The position numbers were made by a program, and so were the translations under genes. A stretch of 57,240 nt of DNA from a virus (lineage: Duplodnaviria > Caudoviricetes): IMG/VR virus record IMGVR_UViG_3300046466_000088, positions 1 through 57,240 of that record; one strand, given 5' to 3'. Shown in pieces: positions 28,257 through 39,700 of the stretch. The stretch's first letter is position 1, and the number at the start of each line of letters is the position of its first letter. The notes beneath the pieces were generated by a model. That model did no database searches. It was given only the letters and a program-made list of their open reading frames with translations, and was not told where the DNA came from.

Positions 28257-28889
28257 ATGTGGGCAAAAGTAAAAGCTGACCAAGTTATTGAAATCTTCAG
28301 TGGTGCTAAAGCTATAACTGATAATAATGGTATTCAGCATCCTGCAAGTATATTTAGTAATTGGTCAAAAGCAGAATTAGCTAATATTGGTTTTTATCCA
28401 GTAACTCAGGCAACACCTGCTGATAATAGATTTTATAGAAATGGAGCTGCAAGTTATAGCTTTAGTAATGGAGTCGTTACTGAAACTATGAGTTCAACTG
28501 CACATGAAATAGCTGACGTTACAGTTACAGATGAAGATGGTAACGTAGTTAATGATAGTGAAGGTAATCCAACAATACAAACTGGTTTAATATCTCAATA
28601 TAAAATGGATATTGATAAACTTGCTTATGATTTATTACAACCATCAGACTGGATGGTGGTAAGAGAAATGGAAACTGGGGTATCAGTACCAGATACATGG
28701 TCAACGTATAGAGCAGGTGTACGAACTAAAGCTGCAGAGATGAAAACTGCAGTATCTGCTGTAACTTCAGTAGGTGCATTAAAAGATTTACATGTAGTTT
28801 ATACACAAGTAACTGCAGAAGATAATACTGTTTCAACAACAATAGCAAGTGGAATATTATATAATTTTGGTGAACCACCAACAGAATAG
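28257..28889 (+). CDS. Tail fibre assembly-like protein
   Basis: LLQPSDWMVVR...W.TYR..VR motif. Confidence 0.55.
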   Translation: MWAKVKADQVIEIFSGAKAITDNNGIQHPASIFSNWSKAELANIGFYPVTQATPADNRFYRNGAASYSFSNGVVTETMSSTAHEIADVTVTDEDGNVVNDSEGNPTIQTGLISQYKMDIDKLAYDLLQPSDWMVVREMETGVSVPDTWSTYRAGVRTKAAEMKTAVSAVTSVGALKDLHVVYTQVTAEDNTVSTTIASGILYNFGEPPTE

Positions 28890-28900
28890 GGGAAAATTAA

Positions 28901-29872
28901 ATGGCAACATTTACGTCAAGGATTAGACTTGAGAAGCAAGATAATGGAGCAAACTCAGGAACATGGGGTACTGTACTTAATCAAAACGTAATTGATTTGG
29001 TTGATGATGCAGTTGCAGGTTATACGATTGTTTCATGTAGTTCAGCAATAACATTATCATCTAATAATGGTTCTGCTGACCAATCTCGTAGTGCAATTCT
29101 TGAACTTCAAGGAACATTAACATCTAGTGTTGACATTACAATTCCTTCAGTATCTAAGATTTATTTTGTAAAAAATAATACTTCAGGTTCACATGCCATT
29201 ACATTAAAAACTGCAGCAACAACTGCAAAAACTACAGTTACTCAAGGTGGTACTGGTCCATTTATTTGTGATGGTACAAATGTATTTACTGGAGCTGACA
29301 CTACAGGTTTAGGTTTAGGTACAGCAGCTACATTAGACTTTGGTACTGGTGATGCAAATTTAATACCAGTATCAAGTGCAGATATAAGATATATACCCAC
29401 TTCAACTTCTTCAACTATTAGTTCTAATAAAGTATTTAGTGGTACTGTTATTACTTCAGGAACAAATACATTTACTTCAACCACTACCCAATCAGGTAAG
29501 GCAGTATTTACTGCTGAAGTATCAGCAGCTTCATCAGCAACTTTTTCAGGTGCAGTAGGAACTCCTGAAGTTTCAATTGCAAGTGCAACTTCAATGAATG
29601 TAGATTTCTCAGCAGGAAATAATTTTGCTATTACATTAGGAACAAATGCTACACTTGCTGGAGCAGTTAATGGTAAGGTAGGTCAATCAGGTACAATAAC
29701 AATAACACAAGATGGTACAGGAAGTAGAACATTATCTTATGGAGCTGCTTATAATTTTCCAAGTGGAACAGCACCTACACTTTCAACTGCTGCTGCTGCA
29801 AAAGATATTATAGTTTATAAAGTAAGAGAAGTTTCATCTGTAGATTGTGCCAGTATTCTTAATCTTTCATAG
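28901..29872 (+). CDS. Tail fibre or tail structural protein
   Basis: G.NSGTWG..LN N-terminus; C-terminal domain paralogous to that of 21894-23726. Confidence 0.7.
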   Translation: MATFTSRIRLEKQDNGANSGTWGTVLNQNVIDLVDDAVAGYTIVSCSSAITLSSNNGSADQSRSAILELQGTLTSSVDITIPSVSKIYFVKNNTSGSHAITLKTAATTAKTTVTQGGTGPFICDGTNVFTGADTTGLGLGTAATLDFGTGDANLIPVSSADIRYIPTSTSSTISSNKVFSGTVITSGTNTFTSTTTQSGKAVFTAEVSAASSATFSGAVGTPEVSIASATSMNVDFSAGNNFAITLGTNATLAGAVNGKVGQSGTITITQDGTGSRTLSYGAAYNFPSGTAPTLSTAAAAKDIIVYKVREVSSVDCASILNLS

Positions 29873-29880
29873 GGGATTCT

Positions 29881-31713
29881 ATGTCAACAGAAACACAGCT
29901 TCAACTACTTAAACTTGACTTTGCTCCAGGCTTTCATAGAGAGTCAACTCAATATGCAGAACAAGGTAAGTGGTTTGATGGTAATAGAGTTAGATTTAGA
30001 GCAGGTAAACCTGAAAATATAGGTGGTTGGAACTTTAAAGTAAGTTCTCATTTTGAAGGAACTGGTAGAGATTTAATTAGTTGGACTGATAATGATACAT
30101 TAAAGAGGGCAGCTTTTGGAACTGAATCAAAACTTTACACTTATTTTGGTGGTGTTAATTATGACATTACTCCTATTACCTCAACAGTTACTGTAACAAA
30201 TAAATTAACAACTGCAGCAGGTAGTACAAAAGTTTTAGTAAGTACAACTAATAATTTATCTACTGGAGACTTTGTAGAATTTACATCAATGGCAGCAACT
30301 ATTGGTGGTAATGTATTTTTTACAAGTGGTAGTGATTTTAAAGTTAGTGTTATTGATAGTAATTCATTTGAAGTATTATCATCAACAACTGCAGCAGCTA
30401 CATCAGCAGCAACTGGTGAAGTAACAATAAATTTTTTATTACCAGTAGGTACATCAACAGCAGTTACAGGTTTAGGTTGGAATGCAGGTTATTATGGTCA
30501 AGGTGGTTATGGAGAACCAAAGACTCAATCAGATATAACTATATTACCAAGACAGTGGACATTAGATACATGGGGTGAAGATTTAGTTGCAGGTTTAAGA
30601 GGTGGACGTGTTTATTATTGGGAAACTTCTATAGGTATTAACCAAAGAATAATTGAAGTAAGTGCAGCACCAAGTGTAAGTAATACATTAATTGTTTCTC
30701 AAGAAGATAGACATTTAATTTGCATGGGAACAAATGAATTTACAGGTGGTGCATTTAATCCATTATTAGTTAGATGGTCAAATCAAAATGATTTTAATAA
30801 TTGGACACCTTCAGTAAGTTCAACTTCAGGTGAAGCTATATTAGGTTCAGGAAATAGAATTGTAGCAGCAGCTCGTAGTAGAAATAATATAATTATTTTA
30901 ACTGATAAGTCTGCACATACTATGCAATTTATTGGACCACCATTTACGTTTGGTTTTAATGAGATAGGTACAAACTGTGGTGCAGTAGGTTTACATGCAG
31001 CTAAAGATTTTGATGGTAGAGTTTATTGGATGGGTACTGCAAACTTTTATGTGTTTGATGGTACAGTTAAAAATTTACCTTGTACAGTAAGACGATTTGT
31101 TTTTGACGATATTAATTTAGACCAATCAGATAAAATATTTGCAGGTGTTAATTCACAGTTTAAAGAGATAACATGGTTGTACTGTTCTAAAAATTCTACT
31201 GAATGTGATAGGTACGTAACCTTTAATCCAAATGAAAACTATTGGGTATATGGTTCAACTCACTTTACAACTTTTGAAGATAAGGGTGTATTTGCTAATA
31301 CAATCACAACTGGTCGTGAAGATGATGGTGATTCATACTTATATGATAATGAACCTGAAGGTATTTATACTGCAAATGGAAATGGTATTGAATCATTTGT
31401 AGAGTCAGCAGATTTTGATATGTCTCAAGGTAATGAGATAATGTTTATAGATAGAATGGTTCCTGACTTTACATTAAACAATGAAGTATCAGGAACATCT
31501 GGACAACTTAATGTACAGTTTACTACTAAGAGATATCCAGATGCAAATGAATCAACAACAAAAGGACCTTTTATTATACAACCAAATACTGAAAAGGTTT
31601 CAATGAGAGCCAGAGGAAGACAAGCAAAAATAAGAGTGGCAACTTCAACAACAGGCACAAGTTGGAGATATGGTACAGTAAGGCTTGATATAGGCTCAGA
31701 TGGGATGAGATAA
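29881..31713 (+). CDS. Tail nozzle-like protein (tail tubular B / P22 gp10-like)
   Basis: 610 aa; VRWS.Q, FGF..IGTNCG motifs; position before ejection genes. Confidence 0.65.
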   Translation: MSTETQLQLLKLDFAPGFHRESTQYAEQGKWFDGNRVRFRAGKPENIGGWNFKVSSHFEGTGRDLISWTDNDTLKRAAFGTESKLYTYFGGVNYDITPITSTVTVTNKLTTAAGSTKVLVSTTNNLSTGDFVEFTSMAATIGGNVFFTSGSDFKVSVIDSNSFEVLSSTTAAATSAATGEVTINFLLPVGTSTAVTGLGWNAGYYGQGGYGEPKTQSDITILPRQWTLDTWGEDLVAGLRGGRVYYWETSIGINQRIIEVSAAPSVSNTLIVSQEDRHLICMGTNEFTGGAFNPLLVRWSNQNDFNNWTPSVSSTSGEAILGSGNRIVAAARSRNNIIILTDKSAHTMQFIGPPFTFGFNEIGTNCGAVGLHAAKDFDGRVYWMGTANFYVFDGTVKNLPCTVRRFVFDDINLDQSDKIFAGVNSQFKEITWLYCSKNSTECDRYVTFNPNENYWVYGSTHFTTFEDKGVFANTITTGREDDGDSYLYDNEPEGIYTANGNGIESFVESADFDMSQGNEIMFIDRMVPDFTLNNEVSGTSGQLNVQFTTKRYPDANESTTKGPFIIQPNTEKVSMRARGRQAKIRVATSTTGTSWRYGTVRLDIGSDGMR

Positions 31714-32000
31714 TGTCTACAAATAAAGCTACAGTTTTTCCTGAATTAATAGACACGTTTGGAATATTAACGACACGAGAACAAAAAATTTTATTTGATA
31801 TTATAAAACAATGGGCAGATTCTTTAACAACTGAATTAACCTCACAGATTATTCAGGAACAAGCTAGAGAATCAATAAGAGTTGCAAGAGTGGTTAATAC
31901 AGCAAATGTACCTAACCCTCAAGCAGGTGATATAAGATTTAACATTTCAACTTCAAAGTTCCAGGGATATACTGGAAGTGCATGGGTTGATTTTCATTAG
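31713..32000 (+). CDS. Small tail protein
   Basis: GDIRFN....FQGYTGSAW. Confidence 0.6.
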   Translation: MSTNKATVFPELIDTFGILTTREQKILFDIIKQWADSLTTELTSQIIQEQARESIRVARVVNTANVPNPQAGDIRFNISTSKFQGYTGSAWVDFH

Positions 32001-32008
32001 GAGTAATT

Positions 32009-32797
32009 ATGGGAGCAGGTGGTAGACAAAACTACGCACAAAATGCATTAGCCACATTATTTACAGAACAGTTTAGAAATCAAGGAGCTATTGGTCCTAA
32101 TGATAATCCACGAAATTTACAAGAGTTAACTGATGCTATGGCTAACAATAAATCTAGGCAAGAAGGATTAACACCTAATCAAGAATTAGTTGAGCAATAT
32201 ACTCCTCAAAGAACATCTACTAAAGATACAGTTCAAGATGTTTTAAAAAGATATACTGAAGGAACTGGTGTAGTACCTACTTCACAATCAGCAGGACTAC
32301 AAGGAATACTAGATAAGATAGCTGCAGAGAAAGAAGCATTAAAAGATTTAACTGTAACTGAAACATCTACAAGAATGGTTCCACAATATGAAGTGACTTA
32401 TCCTACCACAAGTCCATATCAACAACAAAGAGCACCAACAATGACTACCTCATTACCACAGGGGGCTGTTCTGACAAGAGGAGCTTATGGTCAAGAATTT
32501 CTTCAAGCTCCAATGCAATCGTCAGGCTTGTACCAACAAAATACAAACCCACAATATAGACGAGTAGGTAGTAAACAAATTACAGACACAAATGTAAGAC
32601 CTGCAATAGCTGGTGATTCAGTATTTGATAAACAACAAAAATTAATAAATGCTCTACAAGGACAGTACGATACAAGAAATAAATATACTTCACCAAGTTC
32701 TACAGGTATTCAAAGTTTAATAGCTGAACCTATTGTAAATCAGTCACAAACAGGATATAATAATATAAACGAAATTATGAGAAGGTATATAGGATAA
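32009..32797 (+). CDS. Putative internal virion protein
   Basis: Q/T-rich; position. Confidence 0.5.
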   Translation: MGAGGRQNYAQNALATLFTEQFRNQGAIGPNDNPRNLQELTDAMANNKSRQEGLTPNQELVEQYTPQRTSTKDTVQDVLKRYTEGTGVVPTSQSAGLQGILDKIAAEKEALKDLTVTETSTRMVPQYEVTYPTTSPYQQQRAPTMTTSLPQGAVLTRGAYGQEFLQAPMQSSGLYQQNTNPQYRRVGSKQITDTNVRPAIAGDSVFDKQQKLINALQGQYDTRNKYTSPSSTGIQSLIAEPIVNQSQTGYNNINEIMRRYIG

Positions 32798-34116
32798 TGA
32801 TGCAAAATAAAATGACAGCTCCACCATTACAAGGAATATCTAACTTGATGAAGATGCAAGGTAGAATGGGTGACACTGAATTAGTGCATATGAGTCCTAT
32901 GGAAGTTAAAGGTTTATCTTCATTGGGTAGACTAACTCGTAATCCTGACACAGGTTTACCTGAAGCATTTAGCATTGGTGGATTTTTTAGAGATATTGTA
33001 GCTCCTACAGCATTAGCTGCAATTCCAGTTGTAGGTCCATATGCTTCAGCAGGTTATCAAATGGCTAAGACTGGTGCAATGGGTGGTAGTTTTATTGATG
33101 CAGCTACAGCAGGTTTAATGAGTTTTGCAGGTGGTAAATTAGGTGGAAAAATAGCAGAAGGTTTAACCACTGCAACAGGTGCTGCAGCAGATGCAGGTTC
33201 AGGAGCTGCTGCTGATGCATTAACAACAATGCCTGATATTGGACAACAAGCATTTGATTCTGCAGTAACTCAACAAATTCCTTTAGGAGATGTTACAACA
33301 ACAGGAGCACCAAGTTTCATGAGGGCAGCAGCAGATAGTGCAGCAGGAAGAGTTGCACAAGGTTCAACTGCTATTGCAGATAGGATAGGAAGTGGTTTAT
33401 CATCACTATCAGATATGAGTTTGGGAGATATTGCTTCTAATTTAATTCCTAAAACACCTAAAGATATAGGTGAAGCATTAGGAAGAACAATAGGTTCAGC
33501 TTCAGCAGATGCTATGTTACAAGATAAACTACAATCAGAAAATATTCCAAAAGAAGTTAAAGATGCTGAAACAGTTCAACAAGAATTTTCAACAGGTAAA
33601 CTACAAAACATGAACCCTCAATATGCAGATAAAGATTTGTCTGCCTCACGAATCGTAGGTGCAATGCAAGGAACTCAAGCACCTTTACAATTTACTGACC
33701 CTAGTTATTCACCTGCAGTGACAGGTAATTTAAGTTCAATACTAGGTGCCAAGAATGGAGGTGCTATGTCTAATCTGAAGGAGAGAGCAATGGGCAGCCA
33801 AAGTAAAGGTCTAGCAGATGCGTTAGAATCTATTACTGAAGGTGCTGAAGACATTGTAGACATGGGGGGAGGGCAGGTTTATTTTGAAGGTATGGTAAAA
33901 GGTGATGGTGATGGTATGTCAGATGAAATACCTTTTAGTATTGAAGGACAACAACCTGCTTTATTAAGTAGAGACGAATACGTGTTACCTGCTGACGTTG
34001 TATCAGCTTTAGGTAATGGTTCATCTAATGCAGGTGCAGATATGTTAGATAAGTTTATGACTGACGTTAGAGAAAAAACTATGGGGAGAGAAAGACAGAT
34101 TAACCAAATAGGATAG
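32797..34116 (+). CDS. Putative ejection (DNA transfer) protein
   Basis: G/A-rich hydrophobic segment; GDGMSDEIP...LSRDEYV domain. Confidence 0.6.
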   Translation: MMQNKMTAPPLQGISNLMKMQGRMGDTELVHMSPMEVKGLSSLGRLTRNPDTGLPEAFSIGGFFRDIVAPTALAAIPVVGPYASAGYQMAKTGAMGGSFIDAATAGLMSFAGGKLGGKIAEGLTTATGAAADAGSGAAADALTTMPDIGQQAFDSAVTQQIPLGDVTTTGAPSFMRAAADSAAGRVAQGSTAIADRIGSGLSSLSDMSLGDIASNLIPKTPKDIGEALGRTIGSASADAMLQDKLQSENIPKEVKDAETVQQEFSTGKLQNMNPQYADKDLSASRIVGAMQGTQAPLQFTDPSYSPAVTGNLSSILGAKNGGAMSNLKERAMGSQSKGLADALESITEGAEDIVDMGGGQVYFEGMVKGDGDGMSDEIPFSIEGQQPALLSRDEYVLPADVVSALGNGSSNAGADMLDKFMTDVREKTMGRERQINQIG

Positions 34117-34124
34117 GAGTAATA

Positions 34125-34541
34125 ATGAAAGTCGTGCCTGTTGAACCCATAGGTGTAGAATTATTTTGGAATAAGATTGAACCATTAGTTAAAAAATCAG
34201 TAACATATTCAGGTGGTAGACATACAGTAGCCACAACAAAGTTTCTTTTAGAAAAGGGTATGATGGATTTATTTATTGTATTTAAAACTGTAAAAGATAT
34301 TGAAGCGATTATTGTTACACAAAAATCTATATATCCTGCTAAAACAATGATGACTGTTGTATTATGTGGTGGTAAAAATATGAATAAATGGGCAGGAGAA
34401 GGAATTAAAACAATCATGGAACATGCAAAAACAAATGATTGTACTGGAGTTGAAGTCATGGGTAGACCAGGATGGAGAAAAATATTTAAACAACATGTAA
34501 AGTATAAGGAAAGCTATGTCACTTTTGAAACACATTTCTAA
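34125..34541 (+). CDS. GNAT-like protein (T7 gp13-like position)
   Basis: Size, position before an ejection gene, C-terminal AK..DC..VE..GRPGW motif. Confidence 0.5.
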   Translation: MKVVPVEPIGVELFWNKIEPLVKKSVTYSGGRHTVATTKFLLEKGMMDLFIVFKTVKDIEAIIVTQKSIYPAKTMMTVVLCGGKNMNKWAGEGIKTIMEHAKTNDCTGVEVMGRPGWRKIFKQHVKYKESYVTFETHF

Positions 34542-36726
34542 TTTTTTAATAGAAAAAGTATTACCAATTAAATTTAAAGTTTGGTTACTGGACAGACTTG
34601 CGTGTGATATTGCCAATCAAGGTGAAGATGGTGATACTGAACTTGCACATATTAATTCCTATGAAGCTAAACTATTAAGGTCAGTTGGTGGTTCAGGCAC
34701 ATTAAATAGTAAGACAGGTCTAAAACAATATGGTGGTGGTGGTAGTAAATCTGCTCCAGCTCCTGCATCTACATCTACAGTTGTAGAAAAAGCAGAGTTT
34801 CCTCCTGAACTCAGACCATTTATTACTGACATACTTGAGAAAGCTCAAGCTCAAGAACAGGCAAGACTTGCAGTAGGTTATCCAGTATACCCTGGTCCAC
34901 GTATCGCCCAGTTTACTCCTGAAGAAAAAGCAGCTCAAGCAGGTATAGTTAGCTTGGTAGGTTCACAAGAACCAACATTTGATATAGCTAAAGGGTTAAC
35001 TGCTGCAGGTACAGGTGCAGCTACAGCAGAAACTATAGGGAAACGTATGTCTCCATATATGCAACAAGTTGTAGATATAGAAAAGAGAGAAGCTGAACGT
35101 GCTGCAGAAGGACGTAGACAACAACTAGCTGCTCAAGCTGTAGGTTCAAGAGGATTTGGTGGTTCAAGAGAGGCATTCATACAGTCTGAACTGGACAGAA
35201 ACTTACAACAACAATTAGGTGATATACAAGCTAGAGGACAACAAGCAGCTTTTCAACAGGCACAACAAGCATTTGAACAACAGAAACAAAGACAACTTGC
35301 TGGTGGGCAACAGATGGCAGGTATGGCTCCAATACAATCAGGTGTACAATTTAAAGAACTTGGTGCACTTGCAGGTATTGGTGAACAACAAAGACAACAA
35401 CAACAAAGAGCATTAGACTTAGGATTCCAACAGTTTAGAGAAGAACAAACATTCCCTGAAGCTAGTCTACAACAATATCAATCTATCATTCGTGGGTTCC
35501 CACTACAACCAACAACTACGCAAACTCAGCAATCAATACTACCTACACCTTCATTAGGACAACAACTAATAGGTATGGGCACTGGTGCATTAGGTCTCGC
35601 AGGTGCAGCTAAAACTTTATTTAAAGAAGGTGGAACACTCAAACAGATACCTGAGGGTAATGAAGGTTTAAAAGCATTAGCTAAAGAGTCTCCAAATACT
35701 GTTGAGAAAATGGGATTTAAACCAATGAAATCAGGTAAGAGACCAAAGATAACTAAAAAACAAAATAAGATGTACAAAGAAATGTTGTACGCAATGTTAT
35801 CAGATAATAAAAGAGAAGACATGAATGGTGACATAAGTGAGATAGCTGACATCATGAAAGAAAAAGGCATTGCTACATTGTCTCAAGATGGTGGTGTTGT
35901 TAAGTTACAACCTGGTGGGCAAATACCTACAGCTCCTAGTGTTCCAATATATGGAGATATTACAAGTTTTGAAATTGAAGATTTATTAAAAAGAGCCAAA
36001 GCTAGGTCTACAAGAGCAGACGAACTAGGTATGGTTATGTCTGATGAAGAAAGACAAAAACAAATTGAAGAAGATAAATCTGCAGCTAAACTTAGAGCCT
36101 ATATGCAACTTGCACAATTAGGTGGAGATGTACTCGCTGCTGACCCAAGTAGAGGTACATTAGCTGCAGTAGGTTCTGCTGCTTCTAAAGCTGCTCCAGG
36201 ATTTATGGAAGCTGCTAAAGAATTTAAAGATGTAGATAGAAAAGCTAGAAAAGAAAAATTAGATGAAACACTAAAACAAATTACTGTTGAAAGTACACTT
36301 GATAAAGATGTTCTTGATATTCTTAAAACTGATGCTGATTATAAAGCTGCTATTAAAAAAGCAGGTGATTTAGGTTTAAGTATTGTTGGAGATGTTAAAA
36401 GAGTTACTGATATAGTTAAAGGAAATTTATCAGGTACTGACCAACAAGTATTAGATGCTAATTCTGTATTAGAAACAACTCAAGGTAAAAAGACTTTAAC
36501 ACAGATAACTAAAATTGCTTCAGTAAATGCATTAAGAAAACTTCAAGAAATGAATAGAAAAGGTCAGTTAATAGGAACAGACAATGAAACAGAATTTAAT
36601 AATTTATTAATTGATGAAGTTAATATGTTAGGTGTAGGTGGTCTTGAAAATTTAAAAGAAGGTGGTTTAGTTCCTGCAACTAAAGAACAAAAAACTGTAT
36701 CACAAATATTAGACGAGATAGAATAG
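34516..36726 (+). CDS. Putative ejection (DNA transfer) protein
   Basis: MSPYMQQV, GFGGSR, Q-rich helices, GALGLAG. Confidence 0.65.
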   Translation: MSLLKHISNFLIEKVLPIKFKVWLLDRLACDIANQGEDGDTELAHINSYEAKLLRSVGGSGTLNSKTGLKQYGGGGSKSAPAPASTSTVVEKAEFPPELRPFITDILEKAQAQEQARLAVGYPVYPGPRIAQFTPEEKAAQAGIVSLVGSQEPTFDIAKGLTAAGTGAATAETIGKRMSPYMQQVVDIEKREAERAAEGRRQQLAAQAVGSRGFGGSREAFIQSELDRNLQQQLGDIQARGQQAAFQQAQQAFEQQKQRQLAGGQQMAGMAPIQSGVQFKELGALAGIGEQQRQQQQRALDLGFQQFREEQTFPEASLQQYQSIIRGFPLQPTTTQTQQSILPTPSLGQQLIGMGTGALGLAGAAKTLFKEGGTLKQIPEGNEGLKALAKESPNTVEKMGFKPMKSGKRPKITKKQNKMYKEMLYAMLSDNKREDMNGDISEIADIMKEKGIATLSQDGGVVKLQPGGQIPTAPSVPIYGDITSFEIEDLLKRAKARSTRADELGMVMSDEERQKQIEEDKSAAKLRAYMQLAQLGGDVLAADPSRGTLAAVGSAASKAAPGFMEAAKEFKDVDRKARKEKLDETLKQITVESTLDKDVLDILKTDADYKAAIKKAGDLGLSIVGDVKRVTDIVKGNLSGTDQQVLDANSVLETTQGKKTLTQITKIASVNALRKLQEMNRKGQLIGTDNETEFNNLLIDEVNMLGVGGLENLKEGGLVPATKEQKTVSQILDEIE

Positions 36727-36730
36727 TGCA

Positions 36731-39700
36731 ATGGCAATTAGTATTGACTCACAATCATTCAGAGAAACTGCAGAAAAAATTGAAGAACTGCAAAGTAAGG
36801 GAGCTTTAGATTCTGTTAAAGCTAAACAGCTTATTGAAGAACAAGGTTTTGACCCTATTGAATTTAAAGAAACTTATAATAAATACTCAGGTTTAACTCA
36901 AGAGGAAAAAGATAAAGCTGCAGAGATAACTGGTTTAGGTATTATTGATGCACCTATAAGAGTAGCAGGTAGAGCATTTGGTGAAGCTGGTAGAGATATT
37001 GCAAGTTTTTCTGCAGACGTAGCACCTAATTTAACTAAAAAGATTTCAGATAATTTTTCAGTAGTATCTGATGCAGTAGGTCAATATGTACCTGAAAGTG
37101 TAAAAGAATTTTCAGATGAGTTGTTTGACCCTTATCATGGTGATGGTGTATATGGAACTGCTGAAGGAGCTATAGGTAATATTGCCTCTTACTTTGTACC
37201 TGCAACAGGTATACTCAAAGCAACAAGAGGAGCACATACATTAGCTAAAGGTAATAGGTTTCTAAACTCAGGTCTAAAACAAGCATCAAATCTATTGGGT
37301 GCTAAAGGTCGTAAAGCTACAAAGGTAGCAGGTTTTTTAACAACTGGTGCAGCAGCAGCTACAATAGCTGAAGACCCTTCAGAAAATATAGTAAATACCT
37401 TACGAGAACAATTCCCTGAATCAACACAAATATTAGAAGGTCTTAGTGTCAACCCTGAAGATACAAGGTTGCAACAAAGACTTAATGCCTTTGTAAATAA
37501 TTTAGGTTTTGAAGTTGCAGCAGTAGGTGGTATAGCAGGTTTAATAAAAGGATATAATAAAGTTAAACCTTTAGGTAGAAAGTTTGAACAATTGTTTTCT
37601 TCTACAAGAGGTATGTCAGATAAAGCTCAAGAATTATTTTTAGGTTCAGATGCAGCAGTAAGTAATGCTTTTAAAGAAGCAACTGTTGATGCTAAAAAAT
37701 TATCTAAGGTAATGAAAAAGAATAACATGAAAGACCCTGCTCAAGTTCAACTTGTTAATGATGCACTTCAAGGTGATTCAGTTGCATTAAAAAATATACC
37801 TACTGATGTTAAAGAAGTTGTTACTGAAATGAGAAATAATATAGATGAGTTATCAAGATTTTTTATTAAGAATGAGAGATTGTCCAAACAACTTGCAACT
37901 ACAGTAGATAATAATTTAAATACATATATAACTAAAAGTTATCAAGCTTTTGAAGACCCTAAATATCTACAGGATATGTCAGATGCTATTAGAAGAAATA
38001 AAAAAAATATTTCAATGGGTAGACTTGACCAGATAACAGATGAAGGTCTAAAGAAAATGACAAACTATTTAGTAGATGATATTGGTTTAGAACCTAACCA
38101 AGCTTTTAATGCACTAAAGAATAGTGTTCAAAATTTAAGTCCTGAAGAAACTGGTAATTTTTTACTTGACCTCGCTAATAAAAATAAAGGTGGACAAGGT
38201 ACAACAGGAGCATTGAAAAAAAGACAGCTCATACCTGACCCTGTTAAAGCTTTTTTAGGTGAGATAAAAGACCCTACTTTTAATTATGTAAACTCTTATA
38301 AAAAATTAGCTGCCTATAAAGCTGAAGTAAATTTTTTAGAGGGATTAAAAAAGGACATGTTAAATAGTGGAGCTGCAGTTAATATAGCTAAAGCTAAAGG
38401 TCAAGACATAACTAATGTTCCTGATGCTTTTGTTAAAGCTGAAGACATAGTAGATGAAAGATTAAGTAAAGTATTTGGTGGTGGGGTAGTTAGAAAAGAT
38501 GCAGTTAAAAATCCATTAAGTGATTTATATATTGACCCTAGTTATGCTAAAACTTTAAGAGAGGGTATAGATGGAATGAATCCTGCAAGTAGTTCTTTTT
38601 TTAAATATGCTTGGATTCCATTAAAGACAGGTTCACAAATAGCTGTTACTGTATTTAATCCTATTACTCATGCAAGAAATGTTTTAGGTAACGTAGTATT
38701 TATGACAAGTAATGGTATGTCTCCTATTAATGGTGGTGCTTTTGATGCATCTAAATTTGTAGTAGATAAATTATTTGGATTAAATAATAAAGAACTTACA
38801 CAACAATTTAATAAATATAAATCTTTAGGCATAACTGGTACAGATATTGCATCTGAAACAATAAGAAAAAATTTAAAAGATATAACTTTAAATACACCTG
38901 AAGTTAAAAAAAATATTATAGATAATTTATATAAAAAACTTCCTCAGAATATAACTAAGTATACAACAAAACCTTTAGGTAAAGCTGCAAAAAAAGCAAT
39001 AGATAAAGTTATTGATGTGTACCAACTTGAAGATGATGTATTTAAAATAATGCACTTTGAAGGAAGTAAAAAATATTTAAAAGAAGCATTTCCTAATTTA
39101 GCAGATGATGCTCTTGAAAGTATGGCAGCTCAAAGAACAAGAGACTTAATGCCTAACTATAAAATAGCTCCTGCATTTATTAAAAGTTTAAGATATATGC
39201 CTATAGGTGACTTTGCTACATTTGCTGCTGAATCTGCAAGAGTGGCTAAAAATTTAGTTAAGTATACAGTTAAAGATGCATTGAGTGGTAATGCTACATT
39301 AAGTGCTGCAGCAGCTAAAAGATTAGCAGGTATGACTGCAGCAGGTGTAGGTGCAGATTATCTATCTGAACAATCTAAAATGTTTTTAGGTATATCAGAT
39401 AAAGAAGAAGAAGCATTAAAAACTATTGGACCAGATTGGGAATACTTTGCACCTCAAATATATTTAGATAAAAAGAAAGTTGGTGGAAAAAAAGTATATG
39501 ATACATTGTCAATGGCAAGTCTTGACCCTTTTGCTTTTCCTAAGACTGCAGCAAAGGCAACTCATAGAATGTTCTTTGACCCTAAAATAAGTGAACAACT
39601 TCTTTCAGGAGATATAGATAAAACATTACAACCTGAATTATTTAAAGTAGGTAATGCACTTTTTGATGGTTTACTAGGTCCTTTCATTGGAACATCATTA

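Noticed and set aside
21894-29872. Diversity-generating retroelement acting on tail genes
   Set aside because: No reverse transcriptase and no adenine-specific TR/VR pair seen
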